Assembly: GCA_001724265.1 (NCBI GenBank)
Contig: MEDY01000093.1
Coordinates: forward strand, 61,984 to 81,983
Length of the DNA: 20,000 bases
Source of the DNA: Rhizaria sp. SCN 62-66
Lineage: Eukaryota
Reading direction: 5' to 3'
Position 1 is the first letter of the stretch; each line of letters begins with the position of its first letter. The position numbers and the translations under genes were made by a program. The notes below the pieces were generated by a model. The model had not been told where the DNA came from and did not search any database. It worked only from the letters and a program-made list of their open reading frames with translations. Of the stretch, positions 1 to 7,202 are shown one piece after another.

Positions 1-860
1 TCACCTTCTGAGATGTTGTTGTGTGCCCCCTTGCGTGCTTGTCGACATTAACTATATTCGAGAGAGATTCACAAGGTGTGTCTCTGGACTCAACTCAACT
101 TTTATCACTGCTGTGAGCAGTGAGATTTCAAATTTTTAAAGCGGGTATACCCGCATGCTGATCTCCAACCTGTGTCTCAATCGAATGCTATACTGTTGAA
201 TATTCTGCATACATAGTCATATTACTTGTGATATCTTTATTCCACTCAACTTCACTTGAATACATCTTGAATAACGCATGATAACTTCAGTGTGCTCACG
301 GTCACTGGCTGCTGACAGTCGAGTCGGGCGAATCGACCGACGTGTCGGCGGGTGAACGGCAGCTTCGAACCTGCACAGTCCGTCTTGTGGCCATGAAATA
401 AGCATATTCTTGTGTGCATCAGTCTACTTCTGGTGGGTCCTTTATGTAGCTTCTTTAATCTTCTCAAATGTGGGTCCTGTGTGCGGTATCACGATGCCGA
501 AGTCAGCCCTCGCCCAGCGACGGCGTCTTCGCCTCGATATGGGGTGAACTTTCCAGCGATGGCGACATATATGAATGCAGTAGCGTGTCAAACTTAACCA
601 TCAAGATTGAACCGTTGCGTTTTGCTGTATGGCTTTGGTTTTATTGCTACCTCGACTTGATTTGCGCGAGAACAGCTTGGGTGAAAAGCCCTCCACGCAT
701 TTTTTTCAACCTCAACCAGCCCCACCTTATTCTTGTAACACGATGCATGCCCACTCTGCGCCGCTCGGTAGCCAGCAGCTCGCTGCATCTTATTGCAATT
801 GAACGCATTTTCTTATTATTTTGCTACTGTTTTTTCTTTACCTGCATCTTCTAGCCCGCG

Positions 861-2264
861 ATGTCTGCCCCGCACATCACAGAGAACCCCTCCCCGTCCG
901 ACCTGGCGATGGACAAGTTCGCGGCGCAGGCCAAGGCCACGCTCGCGCAGCTCGCCGAGCTCAACGACGACGAGTTCGCGACGTACCTTCTTACTGCACC
1001 CACGCTGCCGCAGCTGCAGGGCTGTATCTTCGTAGGCCACAAGGCCACTGACCTGGACTCGATTGCGTCGGCAGTGGCCTGCGCCGAGCTCTTCGGCGGC
1101 ACCGCGGCGCGCGCGTCCGAGGTCAACTCCGAGACGCGCTGCGCGCTCGACCTCTGGCACGTCCCGCTGCCCGAGACCTTCTCCTCGGCCTGCGAGCGCC
1201 TGCCGAACGCCAAGATCGTGCTGTGCGACCACAATCAGATGTCTCAGTCGCCCGACGGGCTGGATCTGACGCGCTTGCACGGGTGCATCGACCACCACGC
1301 GATGCAGGGCCGCACCGTAATGACCTCGGCGCCTATCTACGTCTGCATCCAGCCCTGGGGCTCAGCGTGCACGATCGTCGCGCACATGTTCTTTGCGGCC
1401 CGCCGCAAGATGACGCGCCACGTCGCCGGCATGCTGCTGTCTGGCATCGTCTCCGACACGCTCAATCTGCGCTCGCCGACGACCACGGACCCGGACCGCC
1501 ACGCTGTCACGCTGCTCGCGCGCCTCGTCCACGACTCTCCCGTGGGTCGCTGTGACGTCACGGCGCTCGCGCGCACGCTCTTTAAGGCTAAGTCGCGTGA
1601 GGTTCTGCTGTGCACGCCGCACCAGCTTGTGCGTGGCGACCTCAAGACGTTCGAGTGCCGCTGCAACGCGCCTCGCGGCGCGCTCGTCGCGCTCGAGGGC
1701 GACGGCGCCCCCGCCGCTGACGCCGCGGCCGCCGCCGCTATCGACGCCGCCGCCGCTGCTGCTGCCGGTGCGGAGACAGTGCTGTCGATGGCGTTCGGCG
1801 TGATCGAGACCACCGATCTCTCGACGCTGACGCCGCTCAAGGCCGAGCTGCAGAAGGAGCTGCGTGCGCTCAAGCGCGAGGAACGTCGTGACCTTGCCTT
1901 TCTTGCTCTCGTGGACATTGACCGGCTGCATTCGCTGCTCGTCACTGCCGGCGAGCGCGAGCTGTCTCTCGCGATGGCCGCTTTCCCGGGCGCCAAACAC
2001 GACGAGGCGTCCGGTCTGCTGGACATCGGGTCCCGCGTGTCACGCAAGAAGGATCTGATCCCGTTCATCGAGGCGTGTCTGCGCGACGGCTCGGGCTGGG
2101 TCCCGCCGCCGCTGTCGGCCGCCGAAGCGCGGCTTGCCGCCACGGAGCAGTTCGGCCGTGTCGCCATTGAGTGCACGGACCACGGCTGCCAGCTCGTGCG
2201 CCATGAGGTCGAGGAGGACGCCAAAACCGCTGATGTGCCCGCCGTCGCTGTCACCGCTGACTGA
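861..2264 (+). CDS. Family II (Mn-dependent, DHH/DHHA2) inorganic pyrophosphatase, PpaC-like, 467 aa, intronless
   Basis: The ORF carries the family II PPase motifs in order: GHKATDLDS (GHxxxDxDS), DHNQ, IDHH, GSACTI, SDT, SPTTT, C-terminal SRKK. Codon usage is strongly GC3-biased. Confidence 0.88.
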   Translation: MSAPHITENPSPSDLAMDKFAAQAKATLAQLAELNDDEFATYLLTAPTLPQLQGCIFVGHKATDLDSIASAVACAELFGGTAARASEVNSETRCALDLWHVPLPETFSSACERLPNAKIVLCDHNQMSQSPDGLDLTRLHGCIDHHAMQGRTVMTSAPIYVCIQPWGSACTIVAHMFFAARRKMTRHVAGMLLSGIVSDTLNLRSPTTTDPDRHAVTLLARLVHDSPVGRCDVTALARTLFKAKSREVLLCTPHQLVRGDLKTFECRCNAPRGALVALEGDGAPAADAAAAAAIDAAAAAAAGAETVLSMAFGVIETTDLSTLTPLKAELQKELRALKREERRDLAFLALVDIDRLHSLLVTAGERELSLAMAAFPGAKHDEASGLLDIGSRVSRKKDLIPFIEACLRDGSGWVPPPLSAAEARLAATEQFGRVAIECTDHGCQLVRHEVEEDAKTADVPAVAVTAD

Positions 2265-3191
2265 GCTGAGAACGCCGCCTCAGCACGGTGTGTGGACGTG
2301 CTATCCGCTGAGGAGTCTTTCCTGTTGACTGGTGTCTCATGTACGTCTGCGCTGCGACGCGCAGCTGTCGTATGTTGCTGATTGCGTCAGTATTACTGTG
2401 GCGAAGATTCTTGTCGTTGTTGTTTAGCAGTGTTGCGTGTGTGCGTGTGTGTGGATGTGTGTGTTAGTAGGGTGGCCAACACAGTGTATTTCTGCTCTCT
2501 GGTCGAGGCTCGGCACTGGCGCTGCGCCAGTCGACCCCGCACTTCGCCACCAGTCAGACTGCGCTCGCTGTGTGTGCTGACTACTGATCCCATCTCTATG
2601 TGCTTTCTTATTTTGCTTGTCCCAGCTGTGTATGTGTGTCTGACTGCGCTGCGCTGCGCTGTGTGTGCTGCGTCGTGCGGCTCCGGGTGCGGGGTCGTGC
2701 CGTTGCAAATAACACGGGACTAAGACTCGCTCCAATACAAAGATTCTTAAAATTGGTAAATCAATGCTTAGCTCGTCACACGAGTTGAACTCAATGAAAC
2801 TTCTTCATTAACTTCCGCAGTTCTTGCGGAGAGCAAGTTTATCAATGAGTGGATCAATGATAGCGAATGAAAAACGTGTTCATGGCAACCTGAGATATAA
2901 ATAAGGTGAAGCACAGTTAATATATTAAGGGTTTGTATTGCTGAGTATTCGTCGGACCGGGGGTGGGGCCGCTTGCGCACCTTTACCGGGAGTAATGCGA
3001 AAAGATAAACTATGTACGAGGGGGCTGGGCTGGAGTAGCAGTAGCAGAGACAGGGAAGAACACATGCGGTGCAAGTAGCAGCGCTTTGCAGCAGTGATAT
3101 GTTACAAGCAAGCATGACGCTAGAGTGCGCAGTACAGCGCACGTGCGTGTTGTGTGTTCAGTTGACAACATGTGCTAGGATGGACACGTAC

Positions 3192-5519
3192 TTACGCGTC
3201 GTCGGCGTAAACCTCAGCGCTGCCGGCGTCGGCGGCGGCCGCGGCGGCGTCCGCGACGGGGGCCGCGTTGACAATGGCACGGAGCACGGCCTGCTTGTTG
3301 TATGACTGCGAAGCAAGGGAGCGGATGTCCTTGCAGTGGCTGTCGATGCGGCACGTCATTAAAACAGACTCCAGACGGGAGGGCTCCTGCACCTTGCTGT
3401 CCACATCCTATTGAGAGGGAGGGGAAAAGTCGACGAGACATAATAATGGGCGGTGAGATAAAGGATCAGGGGAGAGTGTCGATGGGATGAAACGCGTAAT
3501 AATAAGATGTAAAAGTTGTTATCAGAGCCAACAGGCAAGTCAATCAGCACCATATCTAAGACTGGGGCGACAATTAAAGATCATCATTGAACAACGCAAG
3601 CGAGAGAGCCAATGGGGAGGATGTGCGTACCTAAAAGTTACCAAGGGAAACGAAGTGGGTTGCGAGAGAGTAAAGCAAGAGAGAAAAGACGAGATAGCGG
3701 GAAAAGAGAACAAAGTGAGGAAAGTTCAACAAACAGCGAACGTGGAAGCACCTCAAACAAAAAAGGATACAATAGAAAGTATTTTTTTGGTTGTTATCAG
3801 AGCCAACAGGCAAGTCAATCAGCACCATATCTAAGACTGGGGCGACAATTAAAGATCATCATTGAACAACATAGATACACAGTGTGTTCGGAAATGAAGC
3901 GTACCTAAATAGAGTCAATATGCGAAGCAAGAGCGAATGGATGCGAGACAAACAAGAGATATGAAGAGAGAGCAAGATAACGAGGTGAGAATGAAACAAG
4001 AGCGTATATGCATTTGTTGAGAGCAACAAAGCAAAAGGGGGTTTAAAAGTTATTATCAGAGCCAACAGGCAAGTCAATCAGCACCATATCTAAGACTGGG
4101 GCGACAATTAAAGATCATCATTGAACAACATAAAGATTGAAGGATCACACTACAGAAAGGAATCGCACTGTACGTCACACCATGCTCCGAGAGCACAGCA
4201 GTCAGCGGGAGAGCCAACGCAAAAGCAAAACAAATAGGTGTGTAACATACCTAAATGTGCACAAACAGAAGAATAGAATAATCGATATTGTGTGTGAGCG
4301 AATCGTGTTGCGTGATAAAAACGAAGGTATGAAAAGAGAAAAACATTGTTATCAGAGCCAACAGGCAAGTCAATCAGCACCATATCTAAGACTGGGGCGA
4401 CAATTAAAGATCATCATTGAACAACTAATCGAATTTAATCGAACGATTGGATAAATCGAGTCAATGAAACGTACCGCGTAGATAGGGTTGAGACCGAGCT
4501 TCTGACGGCGACGGTTCTCATCCTCCGCCTGCTCAAGCTTGCGAGCGGCGTCCATCTTCTGACGGTTCGCCACGGCCTGGGCCTGCTTGTAGCGGTCCTG
4601 CTCAGTGATGTACTCATCAATGCCGCCGTTGGTGCCAGCGACGAGCTGGACAAGCTTGGCGAGCAGCGCAGAGTTGTCCGTGTCGAGGCGCGAGTAGGTG
4701 CAGTCCATCACCTTACTCTCACGTAAGTTGTACAGGAAGCCGTGGATGAGGTGCGAGTTGTGCACACGGACGGGAACCTCCTCGAAAATGCTCGTCGAGT
4801 TGATGTTGAACTTCTGCATCGCCTTGGGGACGAACTTGCCCTGCGCGTAAAGCTGCATGAAGTTCTCCGTCAGCCGCACGGCGCGCAGCGAGAGGCGGCC
4901 CTTCTGGGACTTGAACGGGTCGAAGACGACGCAGACCGAGTTGGGAGTGTCAAGCTGGTAGGTGAACTGAGCCTGGATGAGGTCCAGCGTGAAAAGCGGC
5001 TCGGAGAAGTAGGTGGTGTGGAAAAGACCGACGACGTTGGCGTCCTCCTTCTGCGAGTTAAGAGCGCGGAGCATATCAACCTGGTACGAAGAGCCGTCCT
5101 CGCGCTCGTCGTCGTTGTCGAGCGGGAAGGGAAAGAAGTGGGACACCTCGAGCACGTTGCCGATGTCCATGCCAAGCAGCTGGCCGAACGCGAGCTCGTT
5201 AATGTGCTCCGAGCTGTGCTTGATGATCTTGAGCAGCACCTGCACACGGGAGAAGCGCAAAGTGGGACAAAACATGGCGGGAAAGATGAGTGAGAAGAAC
5301 GATACGGTAGAAAAGACAGTGATCTATCTCATATCAAAACGCTAGTGCTATTCCACCCAATATGACGCGCAAGCAGAAGGCGCGAAGGGAGCATGGATGG
5401 AATGCCGCATTTCGCGGGTCGAAGCAATCTTCTCAAAAAGGGTCGCGTAGAGCACGTACCGAGCCGTCAATCTGAACAACGTTTGTAGTGGGAGCCTTGG
5501 GCTCCTGAGTAGTCGACAT
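3192..5519 (-). CDS. EIF3H: Eukaryotic translation initiation factor 3 subunit H (MPN domain), ~346 aa; exons 5519-5460, 5239-4475, 3407-3192
   Basis: Manual splicing gives MSTTQEPKAPTTNVVQIDGS|VLLKIIKH...GQLLG...LEVSHFFPFP...FEEVPVRVHNSHL...NPIYA|DVDSKVQEPSRLESVL...HCKDI, matching eIF3h hallmarks (VQIDG..LKIIKH, GQLLG, EP.RL). Both introns (5459-5240, 4474-3408) start GTACGT, end in YAG after a pyrimidine tract, and are phase 0. Confidence 0.93.
3516..3594 (-). ncRNA. Box C/D snoRNA, U31/SNORD31/snR67-like; copy 4 of 4 in eIF3h intron 2
   Basis: Minus strand: UUGUU terminal stem, box C AUGAUGA (3587-3581), guide UGUCGCCCCAGU, box D' CUUA, box C' GUGCUGA, box D CUGA (3525-3522), closing AACAA. 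The guide is complementary to the conserved LSU P-loop (ACUGGGGCGG). Confidence 0.88.
3625..3635 (-). other. Putative recursive splice site 3 (zero-length exon), junction 3631/3630
   Basis: Minus strand GGTAACTTTTAG|GTACGC, with a branch-like GTAAC; the only other AG back to the snoRNA is a GAG ~120 nt upstream. Confidence 0.75.
3791..3869 (-). ncRNA. Box C/D snoRNA, U31/snR67-like; copy 3 of 4
   Basis: 79 nt identical to 3516-3594, with the same C, D', C' and D boxes and terminal stem. Confidence 0.88.
3899..3909 (-). other. Putative recursive splice site 2 (zero-length exon), junction 3905/3904
   Basis: Minus strand TATTGACTCTATTTAG|GTACGC, with a branch-like TTGAC and no AG in the ~145 nt back to the upstream snoRNA. 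Confidence 0.75.
4050..4128 (-). ncRNA. Box C/D snoRNA, U31/snR67-like; copy 2 of 4
   Basis: Identical to the other copies except at 4052 (g->a on +), which turns a terminal-stem G-C pair into G-U in the minus-strand RNA. Confidence 0.88.
4245..4255 (-). other. Putative recursive splice site 1 (zero-length exon), junction 4251/4250
   Basis: Minus strand TTTAG|GTATGT, preceded by a U/C-rich tract with no AG back to the upstream snoRNA (~95 nt). Confidence 0.75.
4346..4424 (-). ncRNA. Box C/D snoRNA, U31/snR67-like; copy 1 of 4
   Basis: 79 nt identical to 3516-3594; starts 50 nt after the exon-2 donor at 4474. Confidence 0.88.
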
Positions 5520-5768
5520 CTTTAATTAACGTGGGAACGGGACGTTCACAAATACACCTTAAATTTGCCCTCAAAAGCTGGCCCACAGCGCACCGAGTGC
5601 GTCGAGACCAGCCAGCCGGCCGACCGAAACTAAGCCGCTCGCGAGAAGTCGAGCTTTTTTCGACCCACCGCCCGACCGACTGCAAGCGGCAGAGAGACGA
5701 CCAGAGAGGTGGACCGAGGGTTTGTTGCGAAGAACGAATTTGCCTCGGAGCGAACGTAAAGACCCGCA
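5520..5768. promoter_or_regulatory. Probable compact bidirectional promoter / 5' UTR region between EIF3H and MRPL47
   Basis: Only 249 bp separate the divergent start codons (5519 on -, 5769 on +). Positional inference only; no specific motif identified. Confidence 0.5.
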
Positions 5769-6597
5769 ATGCTTGCTCGGTTTGGTCCTTCGCTTTCCCG
5801 CGGAATTTCTTCTGCTTTTACTGCGCCCGCGACGAGCGCGTCTCGCCTCCTCAAGGTGGGTCCTGTCTCGTCGGCCGCCACCACCAGCTCGACCGCCCTT
5901 CTGAGCTCTGCCACCCCTACCGTGGCCGTGCCCGCGCGCAGCTTCTTCCAGGCGTCGCGCCCGGCGCGCAGCCTTGACGACTTCTTCACGAACCAGCAGG
6001 CGAAGCACGTGGGCCGCTCGTGGGAGTGCCGTGAGCTGGCCAACAAGTCGTTCGAGGACCTGCGTCAGCTCTGGTTCGTTCTCCTCAAGGAGAAGAACAT
6101 GCTGCTCACCTACCGCAACCTCTGCCGCCAGACCACGACGCAGATGAAGAACCCCCGTCGCATGTCGCTTGTCCGCAAGTCCATGGCCAACATCAAGTCG
6201 GTCCTCCACCAGCGCAACCACGAGCACAAGATGGCCAGTACGTTTTACAAAGCTTTCCCATGCCTCTCTATTTTCGCCTATATACATGCTCATATCGTTG
6301 TATAGCGACTTTTAGTGTGTTTTCTTACTGTCCAGCCTCTCACATATCCTCACACTGATCCACCTTTCTATACCCCCTTGTTTTGTTGTTCTATTTTGCC
6401 GTGCAGCCAACAAGGGCTACCGCAAGCACGCACTGAAGAACCGCGAGCAGCGCGAGATCGACTACGAGCTCGAGTACGCCGCCACGCGCTTCGACCACAA
6501 CCTCAACAAGCAGAACCCCAACAACAAGACCGACTGCCGTCGTGTGCGCCACCTCATGCTGTCGCCCCGCGTCAAGGCCATCGAATCCCCTCAGTAA
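5769..6597 (+). CDS. MRPL47: Mitochondrial ribosomal protein uL29m (MRP-L47), ~219 aa; exons 5769-6237 and 6407-6597
   Basis: GRSWECRELANKSFEDLRQLWFVLLKEKNMLLT and VRKSMANIKSVL match the MRP-L47 signature. The N-terminus is Ser/Ala/Arg-rich and acid-free, like a mitochondrial presequence. Phase-1 intron 6238-6406 (GTACGT...GTGCAG) restores the frame to TAA at 6595-6597. Confidence 0.9.
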
Positions 6598-7202
6598 GTC
6601 AGTCACTGCTTGCCAGAGAGTCGCAAGTGCGATTCAGACGACGTGGTGTGAAGACTTAGGCGAGTGACGACGCACGCGATGTATGTAGAATGTGCGTGTG
6701 TGTGGATGGGGAATGTATTTAAACCCGGCTGTGGTGTGCTGTGGCGCCCCGCTGTCTTCGCTTTCTTTGGCGAGGCAGGTTGCTCCAGTGCGCAGTCGGT
6801 CAAGGATGTGTGCTCACCAGCGTGGGTGAGAATTGTTTCATAGATCGAGTTTTAAAAAAATATACAACACTCTTTATTACCATGCTTCTCTAGTTTTAAC
6901 CACACTATCCTGTCCCCCTGTGTCGTCTGCTCCGGTGATTTATGCTGCTGTGGTCGATTGTCCTAGTGTGATAGGCGACAGCTCCAACTATAATGAGGCC
7001 TAAAGCTAAACTTCAAGACTGTCGATATCCATCACCAATCGTCATATAGAGCTAAGAAGCATTAGATACGTAAAACTCTCACTTTTTTTCTATGCAATTG
7101 AATTAAATTCTCTGTTTCGTTCATATAGCTTTCGTTCTGTGCGTGCCGCAAACGAAACGAAACACTGCAAAAACCTCTAGACTTGCGCACTGACTTGCGA
7201 GG

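Noticed and set aside
141-154. Perfect 14-bp palindrome GCGGGTATACCCGC
   Set aside because: A single isolated palindrome of this size can arise by chance in 20 kb; no supporting context.
1-800. Short ORFs upstream of the PPase gene
   Set aside because: No coding-like codon bias or recognisable motifs; treated as intergenic/UTR.
3625-4255. Micro-exons between the snoRNA copies
   Set aside because: AG is directly followed by GT at all three sites, there is no upstream YAG acceptor between snoRNA and junction, and exons 2 and 3 already join in frame.
3516-4424. CRISPR-like array (identical repeats with unique spacers)
   Set aside because: Repeats (79 nt) and spacers (180-217 nt) are far too long, there are no cas genes, the context is a eukaryotic intron, and the repeats are fully explained as box C/D snoRNAs.
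3359-4454. Short ORFs sharing MVLIDLPVGSDNN or YQSQQASQSAPYLRLGRQLK
   Set aside because: These are translations of the repeated snoRNA; the flanks are AT-rich intron sequence lacking the coding codon bias.
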